From assembly GCA_018816945.1 (NCBI GenBank), contig JAHIVC010000030.1, positions 13,053 through 77,052 on the forward strand: 64,000 bases of DNA, in the 5' to 3' direction. The stretch is from Bacteroidota bacterium. Lineage in GTDB: Bacteria > Bacteroidota > Bacteroidia > Bacteroidales > GCA-2711565. Both the position numbers and the translations under genes were made by a program. The notes beneath the pieces were generated by a model that saw nothing but the letters and a program-made list of their open reading frames with translations, did no database searches and was not told the DNA's origin. Below, piece by piece: positions 47,583-56,563 of the stretch; position 1 is the stretch's first letter, and each line of letters starts with the position of its first letter.

Positions 47583-48584
47583 CTATTTATTCTTAGTCAT
47601 ATATTTAAACCATGATTTTGTTGCAGTTTCAATACTTTCTGGATTCCAAAGCGGAGCGTCTTTCCAATTTTCAATATTGGCGGTCATTTTTGCAACTCCT
47701 TCTGGAAAACTAATTTGTGGTTCCCATGAAAGTTGATTTTTAATTTTCGTAATATCTGCCCATGTGCAATCAGGTTCTCCTGGACGTTTTGGAAGGTAAA
47801 CAACATCCCCACCAAGTAAATCAACCAGATTGTTAACACTTTGAGGATTACCAGCACCAACATTGTAAATTTCTCCAATATGTTCTGTTTCTGCCGCAGC
47901 CAGAAATGCAGTGGCAATATCAGTTACAAAAATAAAGTCACGACTTTGACTACCATCACCAACAACTGTAAAAGGCATTCCCTCTAATTTTTGTTTGAAG
48001 AATACTCCAAATACAGCACCATAAGCTCCAGTAGTGCGAACTCTTGGACCATAAGCGTTAAATATCCTAATTGAATTAACGGGAAGACCATAAACCTTTT
48101 GCCAGTGGAAAGCGGTTTGTTCACCAATATACTTACTGAAGGCATAAGGATATTCAGGGCATATTTTATGATCTTCATTAGTTGGTGTATCAGCGAGTCC
48201 ATAACAAGATGATGATGCAGCATAAACAAATTTTTTCACAGCATGATATCGAGAACATTCAAGTACATGCGAAGTACCTTGAATATTAGTTGACATGTAC
48301 TCTAAAGGTCTTTCGATAGACGGAACAATATCTCCAATACCGGCAAAATGAAAGACATAATGAGCGCCGGAAAAAATTTCTGAATCTGGTTTTAAATTTA
48401 GAATATCCTCTTCAAAAAATTCAAAATCAGGATGATTGCTATGATGAGATAAGTTTGATGATCTTCCTCCAGTCAAATTATCAATTACCCTAACCCTGTA
48501 ATTTCTTTTAATTAGGAGGTCAACCATGTGACTGCCAATGAATCCGGCTCCCCCAGTAACAATAGCGATCGGTTTTATACTCAT
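47583..48584 (-). CDS. NAD-dependent nucleotide-sugar epimerase/dehydratase (extended SDR)
   Basis: IVTGGAGFIGSHMVDLL, YAFSKYIGE. Confidence 0.8.
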   Translation of the reverse strand: MSIKPIAIVTGGAGFIGSHMVDLLIKRNYRVRVIDNLTGGRSSNLSHHSNHPDFEFFEEDILNLKPDSEIFSGAHYVFHFAGIGDIVPSIERPLEYMSTNIQGTSHVLECSRYHAVKKFVYAASSSCYGLADTPTNEDHKICPEYPYAFSKYIGEQTAFHWQKVYGLPVNSIRIFNAYGPRVRTTGAYGAVFGVFFKQKLEGMPFTVVGDGSQSRDFIFVTDIATAFLAAAETEHIGEIYNVGAGNPQSVNNLVDLLGGDVVYLPKRPGEPDCTWADITKIKNQLSWEPQISFPEGVAKMTANIENWKDAPLWNPESIETATKSWFKYMTKNK

Positions 48585-49588
48585 CTGGCCTGAAGTCTTT
48601 TTAATCGTCGAACATTGAAGTAGAAATCATCATCAAAACTGTTTGGGAGCTTTCCTTCTTGAAAGGCATGACAAAGATCACGTATAGCTTCTTCTATTGA
48701 ATGTGTTGGTTGAAATCCAAGAACTCTTTTAATCTTATCAGAGTTAATATGATATGAGCGATTATCATCACTTGGCGTAGTAGTAATTTCGATATTTTTT
48801 TTCTCAGGAAATTCCTTTTGAACAACTTTCTTTACTAAATGTGCAATATCCATGATCGACATGTTTTGATATCCTACATTAAAGATTTCGTTTTTAATCT
48901 TTTCAGATGGAGCATTCAATAATAGTTCCACAGTGTCGCAATAATCTTGTACATGAAGATTTGGTCGCAATTGGTCCCCACCAAATACTGTGATCTTATT
49001 TTTATTAACGGCGTGATTGGTAAGAATGTTTACTGATAGGTCAAGTCGCTGCCTTGGGGCATAACCACATACCGTTGCCGGGCGAAAGATAACACCAACA
49101 AAATTATCATCTGTATGTTTCTTAAGAAGTGGTTCACACATACCTTTATATTTATTATATAGTGTTAATGGTACAAGGGGGTGATCTTCGGTAACATCTG
49201 GCTTATCAGAAACTCCATAAACTGAACTTGAGGAGGCATAAATAAATCTTTTTACTCCAGCTTGTTTTGCGGCAATTACCATGGGTTCAAATGCTTCAAG
49301 ATTTACACTTGTCGATAAACGTTCATCTAATTCAAAACTGGCATCATTTGAAATGCATGCCAGACTCACGAATGCATCATGTCCTTTACAAGTATCAAGA
49401 ATTTTTTTAGTCTCACGGATATCACCCTCAATAATTTTGAGGTTTGGATTTTCCTTAGGCAAAAAATCATTTCCAAAATGCATAATGTCATAAACAGTGA
49501 CCCTATAACCATGTGATAAAAGTTGAGGAATTAATAAACTGCCAATATAACCAGCTCCTCCTGTAACAAAAACAGATTTAAATTGCAT
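48581..49588 (-). CDS. NAD-dependent nucleotide-sugar epimerase/dehydratase (extended SDR)
   Basis: VFVTGGAGYIGSLL, YNKYKGMCE; 4-nt overlap with the downstream gene. Confidence 0.8.
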   Translation of the reverse strand: MQFKSVFVTGGAGYIGSLLIPQLLSHGYRVTVYDIMHFGNDFLPKENPNLKIIEGDIRETKKILDTCKGHDAFVSLACISNDASFELDERLSTSVNLEAFEPMVIAAKQAGVKRFIYASSSSVYGVSDKPDVTEDHPLVPLTLYNKYKGMCEPLLKKHTDDNFVGVIFRPATVCGYAPRQRLDLSVNILTNHAVNKNKITVFGGDQLRPNLHVQDYCDTVELLLNAPSEKIKNEIFNVGYQNMSIMDIAHLVKKVVQKEFPEKKNIEITTTPSDDNRSYHINSDKIKRVLGFQPTHSIEEAIRDLCHAFQEGKLPNSFDDDFYFNVRRLKRLQAR

Positions 49589-49617
49589 ATGATTTAATTT
49601 TTTATTATTTCTTATAT

Positions 49618-50343
49618 TTATTTCAGATCAATCGTGTAACCTGCTGTCTTGGCATCATTATAAAACATGGACACTGTTTCGAGTGAGAAAGTGGTTAAAT
49701 CCTTGCCTACAACAGATAGTTTCTTCAACACATCTGGAGTAACGGTTATTATATGGCAACCCACTTCATCAGCCTGAAAGATATTCAACAATTCCCTTGG
49801 ACTAGCCCAGAGCACTTCAGCTTTCGATTTGCTTGAAGCAATTTTTACTGCTTCTTTCATAAGAGGGACAGGATCAAAGCCCGTATCTGCAATTCGACCA
49901 GCAAAAACAGAAAGAATTGCAGGAGTGTTAGGATTTAAAGCATCTACGATCTCTTTTACTTGAGCAAGTGTAAACATTGCAGTTATATTACAAATAACCC
50001 CCTTATCTGAGAGTGTTTTAACAAGATTTGCTGTACTCTCTCCTTTGGTATTGGTGATTGGAATTTTTACATTAACATTTTTCCCCCATGATGCTATCTC
50101 GATAGCTTGAGCCTCCATATTGGGAATATCATCGGCAAAAACCTCAAATGAAACAGGCAGGTCTGGAACTAACTGAAGAACCTTTAGTGCAAAAGATTTA
50201 TAATTTTGAACTCCTGCTTGACGCATTAGTGTTGGGTTGGTCGTAAAACCTTTAATATATGGTTGGCTGTAAAGCATTTCAATGCTTTTCAAATCTGCAC
50301 CATCCCCAAAAATTTTTATTTTAAGATTAATGATTTTTTTCAT
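49618..50343 (-). CDS. transaldolase / fructose-6-phosphate aldolase family (short TalC/Fsa type)
   Basis: GFTTNPTLM and NVKIPIT (Schiff-base Lys region), NITAMFT. Start set at ATG 50343 (MKKIINLKIKIFGDGAD). Confidence 0.8.
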   Translation of the reverse strand: MKKIINLKIKIFGDGADLKSIEMLYSQPYIKGFTTNPTLMRQAGVQNYKSFALKVLQLVPDLPVSFEVFADDIPNMEAQAIEIASWGKNVNVKIPITNTKGESTANLVKTLSDKGVICNITAMFTLAQVKEIVDALNPNTPAILSVFAGRIADTGFDPVPLMKEAVKIASSKSKAEVLWASPRELLNIFQADEVGCHIITVTPDVLKKLSVVGKDLTTFSLETVSMFYNDAKTAGYTIDLK

Positions 50344-50353
50344 AAAATGCATG

Positions 50354-50899
50354 TTAACATCTAGTTGTAATAATATATGCAACAGCTGATTGTAATGAAT
50401 TTACTATTGCATGGAATTGTAAGGGGCGTGTTTCCTTATAATGTCGATCAATAAAGATAGTTTTACAACCAGCTTTATTACCAGCTTCAATATCGCTTGA
50501 ACGGTCTCCAATCATAAAACTTTTTTTAAGGTCGATGCTATGTTTTAACGAAGCCTTGTTCAACATACCTGGATTTGGTTTTCGACAATCGCATCCTTCA
50601 TCCTGGCGATGAGTACACATAAAAACATCATCAATCATTGTCTTTTCATAAAGTTTAAGATGCATGGCTTCAACTTCTTCAAGAGGCACTAATCCATTAC
50701 CAATATCTGGTTGATTAGTAACCACAATAACTTTAAATCCAAATTGTTTTAATAAAGCTACTGAACGCTGAGCATTTGGCATGAGTATAAAACTTTTTAG
50801 TTTGCGTGGAGCGTATGGCTTGCCATTTCTGACAAATGTTCTGCATATTACGCCATCCCGATCCAAAAAAACAGCAGGACATAGTTCTTTTTTTACCAC
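50354..50899 (-). CDS. gmhB: D,D-heptose 1,7-bisphosphate phosphatase (HAD, GmhB type)
   Basis: FLDRDGVI (HAD motif I), VVTNQ, zinc motif CTHRQDEGCDCRKPNPGML, GDRSSD. There is no in-frame ATG before motif I. Candidate starts are GTG 50899 (chosen, 7-nt overlap with gmhA) or TTG 50947 (track). Confidence 0.75.
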   Translation of the reverse strand: MVKKELCPAVFLDRDGVICRTFVRNGKPYAPRKLKSFILMPNAQRSVALLKQFGFKVIVVTNQPDIGNGLVPLEEVEAMHLKLYEKTMIDDVFMCTHRQDEGCDCRKPNPGMLNKASLKHSIDLKKSFMIGDRSSDIEAGNKAGCKTIFIDRHYKETRPLQFHAIVNSLQSAVAYIITTRC

Positions 50900-51489
50900 T
50901 TTGTTGCCTGGATTTGCAGTGCGGGATGAGAAACTAGACAATGCCAAACTACAGCCTGAAATGCTTCGCTATGTGGAGTAATAAGTTTATCGTCAACTAC
51001 AGGGACAAGCACAACAGCGTCTCCTTTGATCTGTGTATATCCGCCATCTCGACCGACTATACCGAAAACTTTCGCTTTTCTTTCAACAGCAAGGTCAATA
51101 GCCTGAACTAGATTGACGCTAACTTGCTTTTCGATGTTTCCCCCACCTACAGACATTATAAATAAAGCATCTTTTGAGTCAAGTTTACTTATCTTAAGCC
51201 AAGCGGCCAATGCTCCATCCCATCCTTCGTCATTAATTCGTGCTGTAAGTTCTGAAACATTATCTGTTGGTGCATAGGACTCTATCCCACATAGTTTGCG
51301 AAAATCATTTACTGCATGACTACAATTTCCTGCACTTCCTCCGACCCCCAAAAAGAATAACCGGCCACCATTTTCTCGCAATCTGACAAGTGCGTTTGTC
51401 AAAATCTCAATCTGTTGCTTGTCGATCAACTTAGCAACTCGTTTAACTTGTTCGAAATATTGATTTACGTGCTCGTTACGTATATTCAT
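50893..51489 (-). CDS. gmhA: SIS-domain phosphoheptose isomerase (GmhA type)
   Basis: FFLGVGGSAGNCSHAVNDFRK, MSVGGGN; 198 aa. Confidence 0.8.
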   Translation of the reverse strand: MNIRNEHVNQYFEQVKRVAKLIDKQQIEILTNALVRLRENGGRLFFLGVGGSAGNCSHAVNDFRKLCGIESYAPTDNVSELTARINDEGWDGALAAWLKISKLDSKDALFIMSVGGGNIEKQVSVNLVQAIDLAVERKAKVFGIVGRDGGYTQIKGDAVVLVPVVDDKLITPHSEAFQAVVWHCLVSHPALQIQATKW

Positions 51490-51563
51490 TTTTTGAATTA
51501 TTTTATTAAAAAGATAAAAAACTTTAATAATGTTTAGTACTATTTGCTTACGGGTTAGGCAAT

Positions 51564-53315
51564 TTATTTAGTAGTTGAAAGCATTATCTTTGGAGAACCA
51601 GACCCCACTATTTTTCCTTCTTCCAGCCTGAATATTCGGTCGCAGTGTTCAACAGTAGAAAGTCGATGGGCTACAATCAGAATGGTTTTAGTTCCCTGAA
51701 GATTAGTAACTGTTTTCATCACACTACGCTCTGTTGATATATCAAGAGAACTTGTGGCTTCGTCAAGTACCAAAACAGCCGGATCATGGTAAAGAGCCCT
51801 TGCAATACCGATGCGTTGCCGTTGTCCACCCGATAACCTTACACCACGCTCACCTACGAGAGTTTCAAGTCCCAAAGGCAAACTCTCAACAAAAGACCCA
51901 AGTTGGGCTGCCATAATGGCTTTGTTAACAGCACTATCATCAATCTGATCGTTTGATAATCCAAAAGCTACATTTCGCCGCAGAGTATCATCGGTAAGAT
52001 AAATATGCTGGGGCACATAGCCGATCTGGTTCTGCCAGGCACGCAAATTTTGTTGGATATTCTCACCGTCGAATAATACCTGACCCGCATTTGGCGTCAA
52101 CAACCCCAGCAATACATCCACCATGGTGCTTTTCCCCGAACCACTTGAACCAATAAAACCCACAGACTCACCATTCCTGATGGTAAGCGTAAGATTATTG
52201 AGTGTTGGCTTTGGAGTGTTTGGATATGTGTAGCTGATGTCCCTCAACATGATCTCGTTCGAGAATACCTTTACATTTGCCCCAGTTTTGGCATTGGGGT
52301 CGATTGCATCGAGCTTGAATTCGTCAAACAGAATATTAATAACCGGCAATGCATATCGTAGCGACTGTATTGAAGTCAACATTTTGTTGATAGATGGTAA
52401 TAGCCGAAAAGCAGAAGCAGTAAATAGTCCCAGTTTAGGTATAATGCTGGATATGTTTTGACCCTGAATTATCATTATAATTACAAGAGCAGCTAAAGCG
52501 ATTATGACTATAAATTCTAGCCATAATCGCGGAAGTGCTAATACAGTTTGATGTAACCGACCTGCTTCTGCTGTCTTTGTGTTGTTTAAATTGTATTGTT
52601 TCAAAAAATCGCTTTCACGGCCTAGTATTTTGACATCTTTAACTCCTCCCAGACCCTCTTGAAGATTTTGGATACGAAATCCTTCATACAACTGACGTAT
52701 CTCTCCCCATCGTATTATTTTGGAGCGTGTAATTCGGTAGAATATCAAGGTTGCTATACCTAATATAAGCATCACTATAATTGTTCCAATAGGTTCGAAC
52801 ATCAAAAGAAGACTGACTATCCCAATCGTAACAAGACCGTCAGTTAATAGGCTTATTGCATTTGATAAAGCACCGGAGAATTGGTTTACCTCGGAAACAG
52901 AATTTCGAATCAACTGTGCGGAGTTTCTCGATAAATGGAAAATGTATGGCTGTCGGAGATATATAGTGAAGAGACGTTGTGAAATTTGAACCTGCACCCC
53001 CATTGTAAAATGTGTTTGTTGCCATATCAAAAAGGAAATAAATATCATTTTGATTAGGTTCATAACAACCAGTGTGAGCATTGCTCCAATAATTAATTGT
53101 ATTTGCGTAGGATTGCCCAGAGCATTGATTACAGGTTGTAATCTAGGGTAACTCAAGACAAGATTCTGCTCTGACATCAGCCCAATTGCAGGGATCACCA
53201 ATCCAATTCCCATGACCTCTAATCCCATACCAATAAACATGAGAAGCAGTAATATCATAGCTTTCTTTCGCTCTGAAGGTGTAAGTAAGTAGTATATTTT
53301 TTTGGATATCGTCAT
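51564..53315 (-). CDS. fused ABC exporter (6-TM permease + ATPase, MsbA-like)
   Basis: Hydrophobic N-terminal half; Walker A GSSGSGKST, signature LSGGQRQRIGIARAL, Walker B VLVLDEATS. Confidence 0.9.
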   Translation of the reverse strand: MTISKKIYYLLTPSERKKAMILLLLMFIGMGLEVMGIGLVIPAIGLMSEQNLVLSYPRLQPVINALGNPTQIQLIIGAMLTLVVMNLIKMIFISFLIWQQTHFTMGVQVQISQRLFTIYLRQPYIFHLSRNSAQLIRNSVSEVNQFSGALSNAISLLTDGLVTIGIVSLLLMFEPIGTIIVMLILGIATLIFYRITRSKIIRWGEIRQLYEGFRIQNLQEGLGGVKDVKILGRESDFLKQYNLNNTKTAEAGRLHQTVLALPRLWLEFIVIIALAALVIIMIIQGQNISSIIPKLGLFTASAFRLLPSINKMLTSIQSLRYALPVINILFDEFKLDAIDPNAKTGANVKVFSNEIMLRDISYTYPNTPKPTLNNLTLTIRNGESVGFIGSSGSGKSTMVDVLLGLLTPNAGQVLFDGENIQQNLRAWQNQIGYVPQHIYLTDDTLRRNVAFGLSNDQIDDSAVNKAIMAAQLGSFVESLPLGLETLVGERGVRLSGGQRQRIGIARALYHDPAVLVLDEATSSLDISTERSVMKTVTNLQGTKTILIVAHRLSTVEHCDRIFRLEEGKIVGSGSPKIMLSTTK

Positions 53316-53628
53316 TTAAATAATACTTGAGATAAATTATTTAAAGTTGGTCAATAAATCATATAGGAATTGAATCTGAAAATCTCTAACTTAATCGTAA
53401 TATGTCGAAAATAATTCGTGAAAATTTCCCGCAATAATTCAGTTATGCCTAACTCAGCAAGGAAGTTGTTGCTGGAGATAATGCAGTTTATGGGGCAAAA
53501 GTCCGATTTCAGATTAAATGGTAAATTACATTGCATTTATCAATTAAAGATTTATGTATCTATTTCGTGTTGGTTTTCTTAGTTGAAAAGCATGACATCA
53601 CATAGATAGAGGAGCTTTTCATTTTTCA

Positions 53629-54232
53629 CTACTCCCTATTCATTCTCTTTACCCACTCATGTATTGATGTAATTTCCAAACTTTCATTCCAAAAAAAAAG
53701 CTCCGTCATCTCAGTTTGCAGGCTGTTGTGTCCATCTCTTCGTTTTCTGTTACAGGGAATCACTCTTACCATGTACTCCGGGCCAAGGCCAAAGATTTTT
53801 AATGCATTGTCTCCACTGGGTTTTCGATCGCGGGCATTGCTGCTCCAATGGAGCTCAATGGTATTATCGGCTAAAAATTCAATATCCAGATTTTCAAAAC
53901 CACCCAGATCACCCGTTATGGGTTTAAACAGAGCCAGATCAGGCTGTCCGTTTTTTCATCAAAGGCATGTACATTGAGTTTACAAAATAAATTCTGTCCG
54001 GTCATTTGTTGCCGCCTAGCTTCAGGGTTCCAGCAGGGGCGGATCAATGAATTCAGGTTTATGCTTATAAATTCGATAGCGGCCTTAAATTTAGATCGTT
54101 GCTTTTGTTGTTCCGGGGTTTTTGGATTTTTCAACTTCAGAGGGCGGCTTCTTACACAGTCCTTTTTGAAACGGCGATAATATATCGAGGGGCCCAGGAT
54201 CCCACTAAAATGTCCGTTTTTACTCGTGCCAT
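53629..54232 (-). pseudogene. frameshifted ~201-codon gene (two -1 frame breaks at A-runs), possibly a Bacteroidota DUF6266-like protein
   Basis: Own three-frame reading. Segment 1 from ATG 54232: MARV. Segment 2: KNGHFSGILGPLDIYYRRFKKDCVRSRPLKLKNPKTPEQQKQRSKFKAAIEF...NVHAFDE. Segment 3: KNGQPDLALFKPITGDLGGFENLDIEF...EWVKRMNRE, stop at 53629-53631. Breaks lie at 54217-54221 (A5) and 53951-53956 (A6). Family name is from memory only. Confidence 0.45.
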
Positions 54233-54350
54233 ATTTTTGTTTAGGAATCAGAAATTTCTAACACTTTTTATGCTTCCTCGTCGGGCAGGTTTTACTTTTC
54301 TACTCGAACCTACCACCTCAACATTCCGGTCGTAGCAAATCCTAGTAAAA

Positions 54351-54745
54351 ACTTGAACAGACCTTGAATAAAACCTGAACAACTCCGGTTTTATTCAGAC
54401 TTGCTGCAGTGTTGATCTGAACTTGTATTGGAGTTGGTTAATAGACGATTTATTTTGAAGTAATTAATGTTTAAATTCCATCCTCGTTGGCAGACCAAAT
54501 TCCAAACAAATTCCAATTCTGAATTTTCAAATTTCACCCTTCGACTCACTTCGACTCACTTCGACTTCGCTCAGTGCGAGTAGCTCAGTGCGAGTAGCTC
54601 AGCGCGTGCTCAGTGGAACCAGGCTCAGTGTGACGAGTCCACAGATTTCACGGATTTTCACGAATTGTTTGCTGTTCGCGCTCAAAGGTTCAGAGGTTCA
54701 AAGGTTCAAAAGTTCAGAGGTTCAAAGGTTCAAAAGTTCAGAGGA
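54351..54745. repeat. patchwork of different short tandem word repeats downstream of wzz
   Basis: TTGAAC/CTGAAC words (54353-54380, 54417-54422). AAATTCCA x3 (54473-54515). CTTCGACTCA x2.8 (54539-54566). GCTCAGTG-type words x5 (54569-54637). ATTT(T)CACG x2 (~54645-54663). 8-mers A(G/A)GTTCA(A/G) x7 with a 24-nt super-period (54686-54741). Confidence 0.9.
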
Positions 54746-54766
54746 TTTATCTTTTAACTTTCGCCT

Positions 54767-55915
54767 TTATACTTTCAACTTTTCACTTCCCTCTTCCATC
54801 CAACGTTTCTTGATATTGACTAAAAAATGCTTTCCAAACACCCATCCAATACCCACTACACCACCAAAGAATATCCAAGTTATCAGGATTTTCGTTCTTT
54901 TTGGCTTAAAACTTTCTCTCGGGACACTAATAGGTTGGATGATTATAAATACAGGCGTTTCTCCTTTTACCTGTATTTGTGCACTTTCGAGTTGTTTTGC
55001 TAATTCAGTAAACACCGCAAAAATAATATGATATTCACTTTGCAGGCGCTCCAGTTCGGTTTTATCAAGCTCGGTAACGATATTTTTATTTTTATCCCGA
55101 AAACGTGCTAATTTCTCCTGAATTTGTTTGAATTCCTGTTCCTTTTCCTGATATCTCTCCATGACAAACTCAAGCTGAGTCTGTGCTTTTTTTATTTTAA
55201 ACTCAGTAATTTTTTCCTGTAACAGTTTCTGGGCATTTTGTCCTAATTGAGCTGCGGCTTTAGCCTCAGGCATAATTGCTATTAAAGTTATAACTCCCTG
55301 TTTTTGATCAATCTTCAAACTAATGGATGAGCTCAATAAATTGATTATTCTTCTTTCTTCAGCGGTTAATATCACGATACTTTTATCCTGTTCAATTGTA
55401 GCTTCAACTGAAGTAGATTTCCTTTTTAAAGCACTTAATATTGTGCCTGGAAGTCCAATGGTGAACTTTTTTACAAAATTTAACACATTGAACTTAGTAT
55501 ATTGTGGGTCGGTGTAAAAGTTGTAAATACTAATCTGGTTGCTATATCCATCAAAATTTACCTCAACTTTCATTAATTCTTTCAGGAAAGGGATGCTTTT
55601 TACAATTTCGGGATAAACTGTAGGACTTAATTCAGCTCCGGTATTCATATCCATATTAAAACCTGCCATTGCAGCGAGGGATGAAAGCCCTCCCAAATTA
55701 TTATTTCCTGAATTTATCTGAGGAACCATGATGCTGCTTGCGGAATACTGTTTTGGCGTGAAAATGGCAATAAATAATCCAATGATTGTAAAAATGATGA
55801 TCGTTATTATGATCATTCTTCGTTTATTCCAAATGATTTTGGCCAGCGCAATGAGGTCGATTTCGTCGCTGTGGGCGTCGAGTGACTGTGTGGTTGTATT
55901 GGGAGTTTCAGTCAT
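54767..55915 (-). CDS. Wzz-family polysaccharide chain-length determinant protein
   Basis: N-terminal EIDLIALAKIIWNKRRMIIITIIIFTIIGLFIAIFTPKQY (Wzz motif plus TM1), coiled-coil middle, C-terminal TM (ILITWIFFGGVVGIGWVFG). Confidence 0.8.
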   Translation of the reverse strand: MTETPNTTTQSLDAHSDEIDLIALAKIIWNKRRMIIITIIIFTIIGLFIAIFTPKQYSASSIMVPQINSGNNNLGGLSSLAAMAGFNMDMNTGAELSPTVYPEIVKSIPFLKELMKVEVNFDGYSNQISIYNFYTDPQYTKFNVLNFVKKFTIGLPGTILSALKRKSTSVEATIEQDKSIVILTAEERRIINLLSSSISLKIDQKQGVITLIAIMPEAKAAAQLGQNAQKLLQEKITEFKIKKAQTQLEFVMERYQEKEQEFKQIQEKLARFRDKNKNIVTELDKTELERLQSEYHIIFAVFTELAKQLESAQIQVKGETPVFIIIQPISVPRESFKPKRTKILITWIFFGGVVGIGWVFGKHFLVNIKKRWMEEGSEKLKV

Positions 55916-55935
55916 AGAAATATATTTTTGTTATA

Positions 55936-56196
55936 GTGACGGGTGAATTGGTGACAGGTGAATTGGTGACGGGTGACGGGTGACAGGTGACGGGTGAATT
56001 GGTGACGAGTGACGAGTGACGGGTGACAGGTTTTTTTGAAGTTTTTTGTCACTAGTCACGTGTAACTTGTCACTTTTTTTGGTGGTGACGGGTGAGTTGG
56101 TGACAGGTGACAGGTGACAGGTGAATTGGTGACGGGTGACGGGTGAATTGGTGACGAGTGACGAGTGACTGAGTGACGTGTCACTTTCTCTGTCAC
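55936..56196. repeat. two modules of GTGAC-word arrays (7/8-nt period), each followed by T-rich GTCAC words
   Basis: Array A, 55936-56030: 10 heptamers GTGAC(G/A)(G/A) plus 3 octamers GTGAATTG. Its tail has GTCAC at 56048, 56055 and 56069. Array B, 56085-56177. Its tail has GTCAC at 56180 and 56192. Confidence 0.95.
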
Positions 56197-56198
56197 GA

Positions 56199-56555
56199 TT
56201 AGGTTTTATTTAAAGATTTTATAAGAGCAGTTAACATTCTAATGATACTTTTTAGTTCGTTGTTAGTATCTTCAATGTTTTCTATATAATTTAATCTTTT
56301 TGATATTTCTATCTGAGTTTCAATTTCAGATGCAGAACCCAAAGAATGATATAAAAATTGAATAAACTCTTTGGTATTTCTACGTGCAGCTCCTTCAGAT
56401 ATATTTGAGGGTATAGAAACAGCTGCTCTCCTTAATTGGCTTGTAAGTCCAAATAGTTCCTCTTTCGGAAATTTATCAGTTAATTTGTAAATATGGAATA
56501 CAAAATTCATTGATTTTTGGTATACTTCTAAATCTTTATGGGTTTTTATTTCCAT
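56199..56555 (-). CDS. four-helix-bundle protein (23S rRNA intervening-sequence protein / Avd-like family)
   Basis: 118 aa. LEVYQKSMNFVFHIYKLTDKFPKEELFGLTSQLRRAAVSIPSNISEGAARRNTKEFIQFLYHSLGSASEIETQIEI is the typical pattern of this family. Confidence 0.8.
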   Translation of the reverse strand: MEIKTHKDLEVYQKSMNFVFHIYKLTDKFPKEELFGLTSQLRRAAVSIPSNISEGAARRNTKEFIQFLYHSLGSASEIETQIEISKRLNYIENIEDTNNELKSIIRMLTALIKSLNKT

Positions 56556-56563
56556 CGTTATTT

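Noticed and set aside
53351-53536. 61-aa minus-strand ORF between the pseudogene and the ABC exporter
   Set aside because: It is short, has no motif, and lies in the AT-rich spacer upstream of the ABC gene. It is more likely 5' leader or promoter region.
54588-55031. 147-aa plus-strand ORF (KGSEVQRFKSSEVQRFKSSED...)
   Set aside because: It starts (GTG) inside the tandem repeats, its repetitive peptide merely mirrors the 8-mer repeat, and it then runs antisense through the 3' end of wzz.
56199-56555. Diversity-generating retroelement (the four-helix-bundle protein is Avd-like)
   Set aside because: No reverse transcriptase gene and no template/variable repeat pair occur anywhere in the 64 kb.
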